A DNA stretch of 61,825 nt, filler included, from Sphacelaria rigidula (Eukaryota), in NCBI GenBank assembly GCA_964200075.2. It is 4 parts of 4 records of this genome, joined end to end, with 100 filler letters (N's around TTAATTAATTAA, not from the genome) between each part and the next. Parts side by side here need not be neighbours in the genome. Positions count along the whole stretch, not along the records: positions 46,446 to 61,825 come from CAXNAA020001775.1; 3 more parts are not named here. One strand, given 5' to 3'. Shown here piece after piece: positions 48,371-61,657 of the stretch. Made by a program: the position numbers and the translations under genes. The notes below the pieces were generated by a model. It had not been told where the DNA came from, ran no database searches, and was given only the letters and a program-made list of their open reading frames with translations. Positions within the stretch are counted from its first letter, which is position 1. Each line of letters opens with the position of its first letter.

Positions 48371-51300
48371 CAGTTTGCCAATTCAAAGGATACCCCGACG
48401 AACCAGCAGCGATACATTATACCTTTCCACCAGTAAAATGGTACCAGGCCTTGCATGGGTACAGGATGAAATGGGAGCCCGTCTGTCACAGCGCCTCCAG
48501 ATAACGAGCTCTACGAGATGAGGCTGGGATATGTGCCGTGGTGTTCCACTTGTCCTTGGGTGCGCGTGTTTGAGGCTATAACAGCACGAACAGGGGTAGA
48601 GTACCAAGTATACAACTGACAGTACTGTAGTCAGAAGGAAAACCTGCGAACACAGTGCGTACAACCCTAGTATCAGAGTATGGTCTGGACCCTGGGGTCC
48701 TGGATATTACACGGCCGCGTGCTGACTACTGTCGCGGCACTTCAACACAGCGCTCAGCAGCGAGAGACAAGGTCGCCATGATGGAAGCCACGTAGAATAG
48801 AGCAGTAGCAGCGCCTGCTGCGCTAGTACTTGGGCCAATAATGTGGGAAGGAGTCCTGGCTGCCGTCGACCAGCTACGTCACTTGGCATGACAGCGAGAT
48901 GCTGTGCGGTGAGCATGAGACACGCAAAGTACACTCTGACGGTTTTCCTACGCTTCATGCGGTACACCGCAGCTGAGGACTGGTGCAACCCTGAAACTCG
49001 AGGAAGAGACCGTGTATCCTCTGTGATGCCAGCCGTGACACCCCTACACCCCTCTCCTGTCATGGGCATATATGTATCACTGTTGTTGATAGATACATAC
49101 AGACAGTACGAATAACTAAACAACACTCTTCGAAAAGCGTGTACCGCACCACCAGGGAGCCAGAGCTGGATCTAGTGAGACCCCCGCGCCTACATACACA
49201 GCAAGTAATATTGAACAAGGCCACCAACTCGCGGTTTCTGCTTGTGACCACGCCAGTCTGAGCGGGTTCGTGTTGTCGGGGTAGAGGGAGGCAGATGTGT
49301 AAGGTGCTGTACGTGCGTGCCAGTATTTGGTGCTGCCAAACAGCTGCACCTGACCTCCTCCACAACACGTAAGGGCAGTCATGAATGTCGACTGGCCTCT
49401 GACCAAAACACTCACCTCACCGCGTCGTCTGAGTGGCACACTTCTTGTAGAAGCTGTCCCGGTGGCTCCAGTGGGGCAGGGATGTGTCTGGGTGTGTGGG
49501 GGGCAAGGGCAGAGCTCGCGCCATTTTTTGAAAATCTCCCGCCACCAACGTGTCCTCTAACAATTTGTAGTCATATACCAATTACTCTCACACCAGGTAC
49601 AAGAACAATCGAGTTCCCGTCTGTCGGGACCGTATCCTCCCACGTGTATCCACTGACTGTTGTCCTCTATGTACTACAGTCCGGCGCGGCTTGGTCACTG
49701 ATGACATGACAGTATCCAACGGCGTATTGAGGGAATCCCGGATCTCCAGACTTAGCCGTGGTGAGTGGTGGTGTATCTGCTGTGTCAGTCATGCTGTGCA
49801 GAACTGTACAGCACGCAGTTCTCTCTAGTTGTTGTTGTTTGTGAGCTGACTCTGCTGTTGTACCGGGTTTCCCCCATTCTTCATGATATACCCAGGGATG
49901 TACCGCATGATCGAGCTACAGTACATACCGTAGTAAAGGGCACACTCGTAGGCGAGGGCTGAGGAGAGTTAGTGAAGCCTGTACTGCAGCACGGTCGGCA
50001 CATGATCCGTCTATTTTCTCGTTATTGTCCGACACGCCGCATCACGTGCAGAAAAGTGCCGTCATACGGAAAGGTACGCAGTACTGACAGTATCATAGAT
50101 GACGTTCAGTAGTGTGATCTTGATCATGACGCGGCGTGTACTTGTTCCTGTTCCGCATATCCGATACAAGAACGCATATAAAATAGAAACTAAGGAGATA
50201 TTGATATGTACCCAGCCTGGCCGGCGTAGAAAAAAATGGAAAATGACAGCTGTGCGGGGCATGCACAACCGTCCGCTGAGGGTGCGGCCCACTTCAGCAG
50301 TCGGCGCTGTCATACTAGCCAACGGGGGGGCGCAAGGAGTGAGGAGGGGGCGTTTGTATCACGCCTGCAAGCATGTGAGCGAGGGGAAGCTCCTCGACTC
50401 ATTCGGTGAGTGGCGGAGTTGCGATGCCTCGAGCGGCAGGTGTATACTTTACAGGCAGCAAGCAGGCTGAACTCGCATGTCCTCGCCATGAAGCGAGTGC
50501 GTCAGAGTTCCTTTGATGGATCGTCTTCAGCGCCGGCGCCATGTCGTTTGTCACATAGTTGGCCGACGTTGTGCAAATTTTGGGGTTAATCGACCTCCAT
50601 GTGTCAAGAACGGCGCGTATTCTTGGCGCCAACCTGCCCAGGATCTCACGGCATCGAGGAGGACCTTGGCAAACGGTGAACGAGCCCCCTCTTGTTGCCC
50701 GTCAGGGTAGGTCACGTGCTGAATCGGGAATCAATTTCACTTGCAAGAAGTTTTTGTGATCCAGATGGACTACCCGCAATGCGCCGCACCGCGGTCTAAG
50801 GGTTTCCCCTTTGATCGCGAGAGCCGGCGATCTGTTTAATCGGCATCATTCAAGTTAATTCTCTGGTGAAAATGATGCCGATTCGATAGATTGCCTACCC
50901 TTGCTGTCAAAGGTTTGACCCTGAGACAGCGACCCCTCCGCAGGTGGACCGTCGCTGTCGGAAGCTTATGCCGGCCTGATGCCAAAAAACATTCGATCGG
51001 TGATTCGGCACGGAACAGGTGGACCATTAGGACAACACCTACATCAGGCAGAACTATGGAGGCCGGGTAGCGAGGTTTTTCGAATCCGTTGGCGTCGGCT
51101 CGCGGGACGGAAAAGCCAACAAAGAATCATAATATAAGTTGCCTGCTCGATGAATAGATGCAACACCGCCAGGGTCCGCTCCGCTCTGGGACCTGGGCTG
51201 GTCAGTGCCGGAGGTATGGAAAAGGGCTAATGCCGCTACCTCCACCGCTGGCTGGGTGACACGCACCAACATCTCTTTGAGACGCACGTCTTGGCGCAAC

Positions 51301-52880
51301 TTCGTGAACCTCGAAGCTCACGATGAATTGGCAGGACCCGTCATAACAGTGCGCAGTCGGCGATGAGTTTCTGCCACATGCGTCGTATCTCTGGGCTAGT
51401 CAGGTCCAGCACAGCTGTCGCTAAGGATCGCAGCCAATGGACCTCCTCCGCACAACGCTGGCGCACCTTCCTCATCACTGTGTTCTCGGCGTGAGTCGCC
51501 ATGGGCAGGTTCCGAATATTTTCGTCGATGATCCTCTTGAGCTCTGAGGACTAACGCCCGGATGGGTAGGGTGACTCGTGTACAGAGTCGAGCTGGGGGA
51601 CATTGAAAAGGAGGTTAGCTCGGTGAGGAAGACCCTACCTTGTCGAGGACGAGGGATACTCCAATTCCGAGACTACCTGGGCGGGACGGCACCCCAACCT
51701 TGGTGCCTACCCGTACACTGGACCACCTTGATGGCTATTCAGCTTCAGGGCCAGGTTCAAAGTGGCGGCGAGGTGGGGCGCGCTCGAATGCGCTGTACGA
51801 AACTAGAAATGGCGAAGTGCACGGTAAGGTCCCTTCTACCTGTTTCCTGGGACGAAAAAAAAGTCCTCTTGAACTCCTGGCAGCATGTCAACAACGGTAG
51901 GAGGTACCTTCAACGCATCCCGCGGGGAATCTCCGGCGCCACGATGGGCGACCCCGTCGGACACGAGTGTGACAAGAGCTTCAGGACTGACTATCGCATC
52001 TACAGGGGAACAGAGCAAGCGGAACAATGACCCAATGCATACCCATATTCATGTCCTCCTTGCGGCCGGTTATACCATCTGCGCGAGTGCGGCACGTGGT
52101 GCGTATTGTAGTTCAAGATACCAGGCGAAAGGGCACACGTTGAAAAGTTATGTCGTTATTTCACCTCACGATGGAACTTGGTTTTAGTCGGAGGTTGAGT
52201 TGTTTATATTGCTGCTGAGCGGGTGGGCAGTGACTCCGTCGCCCCGGAGTGGTAGGTTGCAGGTCGGCCAAGGCCCGTGGACGTTTCCGCATCCCCGAGG
52301 CTCATCACTGTCTGCCTTGCCCCATCCAGCCCCTCCGGTGTTTCAGCCATCACTTCAGCATACAAATGTAGTTCAACCGCGTGCTCACCCTTGTCTTCCA
52401 GCGCACTGCTCCCCGTTGCGCCCGTCGACCATCTTGCGGATGGACCGGCGGGAGGGGTTCAACGTGGATGTAGTGCAAGAAGTGGCGAGGAGGACGGTCA
52501 TCGAAGGACATGACGCGCGGGGGGTGTAACTGATGATCTTGCATGCGACCGTCATATGACATTTGGCATCGCATCCCTACAAAGCCGGGACGGAGCACGC
52601 CGGGTTTTCACCGGATCAGGCTCGCAACCAATCACCAAGCGCGACGCGCCGTGATGTGTTCGGCGAGTCGCTTGAAGGGTGACATGACACGGGTGGGGGC
52701 AGAGAGTGAGTTAAAGCATATACCGCCCTCTACTCGATGTGGCCATACGACATACTACGACACCTATGTTTTGCCATGTTGTGCGCACAGTGTCATGGCT
52801 TCCAAATGTACCATCGCTGACCCTCTGGAACCACGAAAATGTAGCTATCATGGAAGGTGCAAGTCTGCTTTGTGTGCTAT

Positions 52881-53218
52881 GATATTCATCTCGTGCACAC
52901 ATCCCGGTAGTGTTGGGGCGTGGATCCTCGGAGCGAGTATCTCCCCTGCTGACTCTCCCATACCGCACTGTTCGCCGGCGGTCGCGCTCACATCTTGGAG
53001 GAATTCTCCGTCGGTGGCCCTGTTGACCTGAGTCTGGGGATTGCATGTACACATGCAATCCCCATGCTCAGGTCAACAGGGCCACCGTCGAAGAGTTTCT
53101 CGAAGATGTGAGCGCGACCGCCGGCGAACCGTACGGTATGGGAGAGTCAGTAGGGGAGGCACTCGCTCCGAGGATCCACGCCCCACCACCATCGGGATGT
53201 GTGCATGAGGTGGATATC
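52881..53218. repeat. Almost loop-less ~340-bp palindrome built from a duplicated exon-like sequence
   Basis: Centre GGGGATTGCATGTACACATGCAATCCCC (53036-53063). The right arm holds CAG|GTCAAC..GATATC|GTAAGT (53072-53218, 49 open codons). Confidence 0.9.
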
Positions 53219-53470
53219 GTAAGTGCTTGCTTGTGGAAGGCCTCACGGCTGCTGGTGATGGCAAGTGCTCAGCTGGTAATGCTACCATCAACATCAACTG
53301 TTTCGGTGCCGTACCTCATTTTTGACGAAATACGTTGGGCTGGCAGCACTGTGCCGCCCGGAGATGATGTAAGTGGCCGCTAGATAGCGCTGCGTGACAG
53401 TGCTCCGCAATCCGTTTTCTCCATTCTGAGGGGCACAGCACTGCCATGAACCGCTCGCACACAAGCTCGC

Positions 53471-54704
53471 GAACACAACAACCAGAAGAGTGTAGCACCC
53501 CTGTTGGTCGGCCCGAAGACCCCGAAGATCCAACGATGCATACAGGTCGCCTGTGTGCCGGAGCCCACAAAGATCCAACGAACATGGGTGAACATCTTGC
53601 CGACACACCATGCAGCCCGAACGGCATCATGCGGCGACAACATCAGACGGTTGCCGGATCTGCAATTTGCGGCGCAGATAAAGAGATGGACACCGACCGG
53701 ATTATGGATTGGAGGAAGAACGCCTGAATCCGACGGCGTAGACGGTACAATCGGGTGTTTTTCTCTGATCGTTGTGTTATTGCACCCACGAGATCTCCAC
53801 TCGGAATACTCGAAGTTGTGAGACCGACGCACCACAACCCAAGAAACACGTACAGAAAACTTTCAGATTATCGTGAGCAGCAGAGGTCAACACGTTACGC
53901 CACCGCGGAACACTGAGAATGCCCCCCACAAATGGTGCTATGCTGCAAGGCGACGCCGATCATTCACCGAACAGCAAATTGTTCACCTCGGCCCACCCCG
54001 ACAGATTACATTATGGAAGGATCATAGACGTGGGAACATGATGAAGTCGGGTGGGGGAAAAGAGTATTCGTACGCTGTGTCGCGTCGTGTACACAGTCAG
54101 ACGTCGACCATACCGTCCTTCATGTGTTCTCTATTTTCGAACCCGGTTCATGCTGTGCGCATTCTAGATTCAGTTATGCAGAACCAAGTCTAGTGAATGT
54201 ACCGTAGGCACAAGTTTGACTCTTACAACACAGACGTCCCTCACATGGGGTCAGATGAACGATGCCAAATCTGGGTTTTAGAACAGCCGTTTTATCACAG
54301 CACAAAACGCCTTTTTTCAAAAACATGTGGATATATTAGGCGGTACGCCGGTCTCACAACTTCGAGTATTCCGAGTGGAGGTCTCGTGGGTGCAATAACA
54401 CATCGATCAGAGAAAAACACCTGATTGTACAGTCTACGCCGTCGGATTCAGGCGTTCTTCCTCCAATCCATAATCCGGTCGGTGTCCATCTCTGTGTCCA
54501 AGCCGCAAATTGCAGATCCGGCAACCGTCTGATGTTGTCGCCGCATGATGCCGTTCGGGCTGCATGGTGTGTCGGCAAGATGTTCACCCATGTTCGTTGG
54601 ATCTTTGTGGGCTCCGGCACACAGGCGACCTGTATGCATCGTTGGATCTTCGGGGTCTTCGGGCCGACCAACAGGGGTGCTATACTCTTCTGGTCGTTGT
54701 GTTT
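53471..54704. repeat. Long inverted repeat, ~365-bp arms (53471-53835, 54340-54704), ~505-bp spacer
   Basis: Mirrored near-identical ORFs 53504-53821(+) and 54354-54671(-). Confidence 0.92.
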
Positions 54705-55893
54705 CGGCCTTTTTTGGTGGGGTACGAAGTATAATTTTACCGAAAATGGCTATGGTTGTGACTACTCGGCGTATCTTGTGCTGAGACGGCGGTACGATCA
54801 CCACTTTACAAAAGAGAGTCACCACTCCACAAACAAGGGTCAACAGTAGAGCAGAACAGGGTAAGGGATGAATTTTCAGCAGAGGGCAGGGTGTACCCTC
54901 CTGGTTTGTTTACAAAAAAGGGTACTCTCACAGGCTCTCATTTCCGGCGCCGTAGTTCAGCCCAGTAAAAATGAAAGAAAATGAACGGGTATGCTGCCCA
55001 GACACCTTGGGCGTGGGACTGCGGTGCTGGAACATGTTTTCGAGGTGTTTGGGGCAGCGCCGCGCACCAAAGCGCAAAATGCGTTTTTCCCTTTTGTTCC
55101 AGAAGTACCAGGGTGTACCCTTTTTTGTATATTGCCCTTTTTTATTTCCTATTTGCTGACTTTCATTCACCCCTCCCCCGAGGTGGTGTGTGTTGTGGCG
55201 TGGTGCTTTTCCTGTTATGCCTAGTATATTCGTGCATGTAGCTGTCCCTCTACAGGTACAGGGATAGAACCCTGCGATTTTTACCGCTTTGGCTGGTGAG
55301 CTGGTTCTTGAGTTTGGCTCCCTTCCTGTTTGGCGTCGCGTGTTGAGTGGCCCAATGAGCCTTGCCTCCAGTAGCCCGAATGGTGGCATACGGCATCGGA
55401 ACTTAGGGGGCTGGCAGTATGTTTTTTTTTTCTTCTCATTTTCGTTTCTTTCTTCGTTTTTTTATTTTATTGTTTCGCGTCTGTGTGAATTTTCTCTGGG
55501 TCCGATTTTTATTTTTGACTTTCTTTCAACTATATTGGGGTGTTCAGCCTTTGCCCACGGAAGGCGTCCGCATCAGATGGCCAGTACAAAGTACTACGCA
55601 GATATCGGAACGTTTTTTAATGTGAAAATAACAACAAAAACTACAACAACAACAACAAGAATAGGCCCAATGTCAACCGGAGTGCAGACTCTTTTTCCTG
55701 CGTCAACCTTCCAATGTGGGGGGTGCGGTGCAGGACGGTCAGTACACAAGGCAAAGTGAGCGGTGTACCGTGTTGCATTACTGCCCTCCGTGCAGAGCAG
55801 TTGCTGCTACGTGTGGGACAGTGCAGCCCCACTCAGCAGTCTCGACCAGGCTTCGGGGCCCATTTTGTGCAATACCCACAGTGCAAGAGGATG

Positions 55894-55934
55894 GTACAGT
55901 ACAGTACAGTACAGTACAGTACAGTACAGTACAG
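55894..55934. repeat. (CAGTA)n microsatellite
   Basis: Read directly from the sequence. Confidence 0.95.
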
Positions 55935-57169
55935 AGGTACATAGTCGGACGACTGCACTACATCAAGTGCGAACCGTACGCTGTAGGATACATGCACAGA
56001 ACTCACAACAAACATTTGACGACAACATGAGCTCGGTAAAACAGTACAGTCACTACAAATAGCAGAAAAGATACCTCCCCCCCCGCCTACCTCAAGTTCA
56101 GCCCACGGGGGGGCTGAGCGTTGAGTTGCTCCTCCGGTGGGGGCTCATTGACGGAATAACTCAGATACGCAAATTGAAGATTGATTCAGCGAAATCGGAA
56201 ATGGTCCGCGGTCGGTGTTGTGTACTTTTAACCTATTATCGGTGGTTGGTAGTAGCGGTGTAGTTTGAAAATTTGAACCAGGTCAGGTTTGCCAATTTTT
56301 GTGTGACGTGCCGCTGGTCGATATGAATAGCACCAATTGTTCACGTTTGTGATATTTCATCATTTTATGTGTCAGGCCGCGCCTTATGGCAGATAAAATG
56401 AAAGAGTAATGGCGTAGAAAAGGTATACCTTCTTGTATTTTGTCTAAGAAAGGTACGAAAAATGACCAGAATCGCGATAACAGCAAAATACACAATCTGG
56501 ACCGATTTCGTTACGAATTTTTCACGAACAGCAATCGGAGGGATCCTCGGCACCCGGGTCTCGAAAAAAAACAGACAAAAAACATGTTGCTCGCGAAGTA
56601 CGGTCATGCGCAGACGGGCGCCGGGGTTTCCAGCCAAAATATCCAACGTCCCGATTTTCAGCAAGTGTTGGGGTCTGCGTAGAGCTCGAGAAATCGAACG
56701 CAGTTTGGTTGGTGTTCGGGGAAGCGTGCCAATCACAGCGCCCGATTCGTTTCCGATTTTGATTTTCGGTTTTGATTTTTTTTTTGTAGTCGAGGTACAC
56801 CCTATGAGAGTGACAGTGACATAAAATTAACGTGTTGAACGGCAGTGTAACAGTATAGGATTCATAGTACAATGCCGAGGACATACAGGTTGCGCGATCC
56901 AACAAGTGACCGTTACAGATACTTTCACAATGACCGATATGATATCACCAGCCGAGTGTACTGTTGTTCCCCATCAATGATGAAATCAAGCAGATTCGTT
57001 CGTTGAACATCATCGCAGATTGCCGTGAGCAGCATAGCATGCTGTATTGTCGTCCCATCTATTCTGGACGCCGGTCTACACCTTTCGGGATATGTGGGCG
57101 CACCAGCCGGGGTCACACAGGAGGAAGGTCAACTCGGGAGTTTTTTCTTTTTTTCTTTGCTTTTAGTAC

Positions 57170-57390
57170 CCCAATTTTCTTCTGCGGTGCTTGCCTTTAT
57201 CTTTTATCGCGAAAAGGGGTTCAGCAGTCCCTTTCCCTCGTCGAGCGTTACGTCGAATTGTGTGTACCCACGACAGAATCGCTGTCCACTGTTGCGTGAG
57301 AAAAGATCCCAGATCGCTCTGAGATTTGAACCCACGACCCAACCGTCAGAGGGTTTCGAGGTCACCAAGTGCGCCACCGGGGCGACCGGC
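57170..57390 (-). mobile_element. tRNA-derived SINE (family B)
   Basis: Colinear with 33300-33527; B-box GGTTCAAATC on minus. Confidence 0.75.
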
Positions 57391-59061
57391 TCGTATCGCC
57401 ACTTTAGTGCCACAAAGCGTTGCGCGTAGTTACTTACATTGTCCTATGCACCATTTTGCACCAGCGCTGAATCCGGGTTTTTCTCGTTTTCAACCGTTTT
57501 CCGTTTCACGTAGCATTTAGCCATCGCCCGACAGCACTGCAGCATACAGTACGTGAAATCCACATCGGACATCATGTATCTATTCCGATACACTGCATCC
57601 CCGGCAGCAACAGACAAAATCATGTTCGTCCAGGTGGATTCAAGATGCAACGGCGGAAGCCGCGCCGTTCCTGTCCTACTTTTCGAGGGCGACATTATAC
57701 AGTGTCTTCGGCAGACCTCTCGTTTCGATCATATACCTGTTCGCCGACAGATGGGTACACATTGATTTTTCCCTTTTTTTGACCAACAGTTGTCAGCTGC
57801 GCCTTTCAACCTCGACAAATTGACTGCTCCCTTCGGCGACGTCATTATCCATGAAGTTAGGATGTCGTGGGTATGATACACTCGAAAGGCTAACGCAACC
57901 GAGTCTCGTGAGTAATGGCAAAGCTCCTGGAGCGGAACGCGACAGCCCAGTCTGAAATAATCTCCCAGATCAGCGGCGGACCTTTGGTCTTCGAGATGCG
58001 CTATACACGGAACAAGGACAGACGGGGGAAGACAAATTATTCTCGTCACATATCCCAGTTCAATGGTGTCTGTGGTTTTTTTCATTTATTTCATCGCGGG
58101 CAACGCTTCAGCACAATTTCTTGGGAGAGATTTTTTCAAACTTGAACGCTCGAGAATAAATAACTGTCATCACCTCTTTTCTAACCGGCAGACCCGTACG
58201 GTACTAATCCGGTGCCCGTCCACCGCAGTTTCAGCAGGACTCGGTGCCATCGTGCTGCGTACCGTCTGCAATCAGCGGTGCACTTTATGGTATTCAAAAA
58301 CCTGCCTCGTCTTGTGTGCTCGAGTAGCCTACCTGACCGCTACTTGCGGTAACAACTCCTGTATGCCAGGAGATTGTTCGTATGTATTCATTCCTACCGT
58401 GGTGTATCCATGCGCCTCGCCGCTATGCTCGCCATTTGTTTCCTGGACCGTTTCACTACCTTTGATCTTGTCACGCCCCCTCAGAGAAGGTACTTGACTT
58501 CTCCTGTTCACCGGCGGTACGCGATGTTTCCTGTCGATTGCTAGCCGACCGGTCGGGATAAACGCCCGAGTGCTGGGCAGGTGTATCAGCCAAAAGGACA
58601 GAGTAGGCCACAATGGTGGCAATATCTAGTCCCAGCGCAATGTCATACCCCGAAAAGCCCTGGGTTGCCGCATCCTTTCAGATCCTTTCGCAAGCTCGCG
58701 TGACTTGACAACTAAGGGCCTGCACTGCTGCAGGAGTAGCTCTTTCGGCAGATCGCGGTGAGATCGAGCAGACGATACAGGTATCGATGCCATGCTAATG
58801 AAAACCGTCATTGGCGAGGAAATCCAGCTCAGAAAAACTGACATCAAGTGATGCCATAGCTCCCGACTTTGCGGTATTCCCCGCCCCCTACCCCACGACG
58901 CAATTACACATGTCCCGTCCCTTACCTCCCCACGCCCCCTTCCGCGCGCTTGCACACAAAATATCAGACTGGTGCCATTTGTTCGTGTTGCAATAGAGTC
59001 TCGCTCGTGGCGCGGGTGTATTGTCATCCTCTATCGCCCACGGTACTTGCTGCGCACGAGC

Positions 59062-60570
59062 ATGGCGGGCGGGCCGGGCAGTGGGACAGCTTCGAATGGG
59101 ACTCTGGTGCTTGCTATGGCAATAGGAGCCGCGGTCGGGGCGAGCGCAGTTGCGCTGGCAGCTGTGTTGTTCGCGCCATCAAGAGTACGAGCGCGAAGAG
59201 AGGGTAGGTGTGCCCGTCCGGCACGGCAACGTACGCCGATCAGCAATCCTTGTTGCCGATTTAGTTTGTGACCTACCGCAGGCGATGAAAGTATGGCTGC
59301 CCCCGGCAGATACATGCATGTGTGCCGAGGCAAGCGCTTGCTCACGATTCGCAGCTGCTAGTAGAGCACGACCCACCCCGGTTGTATGGCGGAGTAGAAT
59401 ATATTCACCCTCGGGTGAGGAGTGCGTTCAATCCCGATATTGTAGGAAGCTCACTGCTGCGGGGGCGACCCCGTGGAAATTTGTGCTCTTCGTGAAAAGA
59501 TGTGACCAGGGTCTTTTGGTATACTATTAGGGTATTTCGGAAGTGCCGTCCTCACTACGCTAGAGGAAGTCGAGGTTGGAATTGTTTTATCGGGGGTGCA
59601 TATATCTCGTATTTTCACCTCCTGAAGTATGTTCACCCAACGCGTGTCTCAGAATGCCATGCTTATCGCTCTCGTTTGTACAGGAGAGTCGGTACGGTGG
59701 GGATCCTCAGAGTCATGCGCAGCCGTCACGCTACAGTCATTGCCTGTGGTAGTATAATTCACCAATCTGTTTGAGCGAACATTTCCCCCCCATCACCAGG
59801 AAGACGCACGGAGACGCCCAAGGGCAAGAATTCGACGGAGATTTTTTGGCACCAGTCAGACTTACGGCCACCTCTTCCGCCTGATGTGAGTTGCAAATTC
59901 TTCGTGATCGAGGATCATTTATTTCGGCCGCCCCTTCCAAGAAATGCAGTATTTTGGTCCGGGTTCAGTCCCTGTTTGTGAGACTTTAGCGTTCCGTATG
60001 CGCAAATTCCCCCCCCCCCCATCCCCACAATGCACACGACTTTCTACGAAGACGAGTACTGCATAGAGCACATACTGGCTTTGATTCAAACGGATGGAAG
60101 GTCGGAGGACTACGACACCGTATGCACTCGAAATTTTTCCTGAACTGTAAATGTCCGCTCGAACGTCGCAGTTGAAGATGGTCCTTTTTGAGCAGCGTTG
60201 GGCTATCTGTTATCGCCCAATGTTTCCCTGCTTCACCCTGCTGCGCAAGATCGTTTTTTGCCGGAAACACGCTACCCATACCTCAGGGCAAGCTAAGTCA
60301 CTCAGGGCCGAGGTCATCCGAAAAACGTGTATGAGTCTGCATTGTTTGATCCACCCGCTCGTTTGTCATCTTGTGCGGTAGACCTGACGGCGCATCGACG
60401 TGGTATCTCTTTCTCCCGTATCCCTTGTACTCATTGCACCGCGACAACTGCACCGATCTTGTCGTATCGGCAGGTGGTTCGGCTCTTGCAGTCAACCAAC
60501 CTCTGCTTCCTGTCCACATTCTGCGACGACCACCCGCACCTGTCGCTCATGAACTTCACTTACTGCCCGG
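59062..60570 (+). CDS. Pyridoxamine 5'-phosphate oxidase-like (FMN-binding split barrel) protein, 5' exons; 3' part not found in window
   Basis: Phase-compatible exons 59062-59203 (hydrophobic N-terminus), 59800-59885 (..SDLRPPLPPD) and 60474-60570 (VVRLLQSTNLCFLSTFCDDHPHLSLMNFTY). LPPDVVRLL..LST..PHLSLMNFTY resembles the fungal YLR456W-type PNPOx-like family. Confidence 0.75.
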
Positions 60571-61617
60571 GTAAGTGCGAGAACGCTAGCGTGTTGGGTG
60601 TTGCGGGCGAAGGTTGAGGGTAAGGTAGTTTCAGGGCCAGGGATGGCGCTATAAGATGGGGTTGGGGTTGATAGGATAGGGCCAGGTACGCTTGATCCTG
60701 ACGTTGTGGTTGCAGGTTGTCGCGGTGCATGTGTAGCTTGTGAAAACAGCAGAGTATGCTCATGCTCGCGGTGTCCATGGTTCCCGCCCGAAACCTCTCG
60801 AAAGCCCTTCCTTAGCGTCAGGTGAACACATTGGTCGTAGCAATGATAAACTAGTCGGTACTTGCTAGGCCTTGGGCCAAGAAGTGGTCCCGTCTGACGC
60901 ATCTTTCGGCGAATCAATGTCGAACTCGACCATTTTGTCTACGAAGTACCCGCGAAGAACGTTGCAATCCACTCCTCTAGGTTACTTGCTCAACGATGGC
61001 AAAACAGCCTCAAACAAAGACGTGGATTACTTGCTCAGCGGTGGGATACGTGAACAGAATTCGCGATGGGAATACTAATCTGCCGTGAAGTCATTGTCTA
61101 GTAGTCAACCGTTCCCTTTCGTATACAGTAGCAGCGTTGATAAGATTTCGGGACAGTTTCCACGAATATTAGCAATTCGTGTAGTGAGCTAATGGGGTTT
61201 TCGCGAAACGAGTTTATGGATCAGCATTTTTTCTTTCGACTCACAGCTGACCTAATCAAATTTGAACTAATTTGTCAAGGAATTTTCGACCAGCGGTTAC
61301 GCTCGTCAAATTTACGAGTTATGAAAAAATAAGCACGTGCGAACTACCCGATTTTTTACTCTTTTGGGTGCCTCGATATTTCTGTTCAGTGACGAGGGTA
61401 CCCTAAGGGAAGGGCGAATACACCATCGCCACTTGGAAACTCGGGTGCTGTACAGTCAGTACAGACAACAGTGCATCAGTATAGGTATACTGTATGTACT
61501 TGACTGTAGCACAGGGAGTAGTGCCGCCCCAGCACAACGTAATGCGGTTGCAGTGCAGAACAAAACAGTGCAGTGCAGCAGTATACTGTAGTAGTGCGGA
61601 ACAGTGCAACGCGTTGA

Positions 61618-61656
<39 letters not shown>
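61618..61656. repeat. (CAG)n microsatellite
   Basis: Read directly from the sequence. Confidence 0.95.
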
Positions 61657-61657
<1 letters not shown>

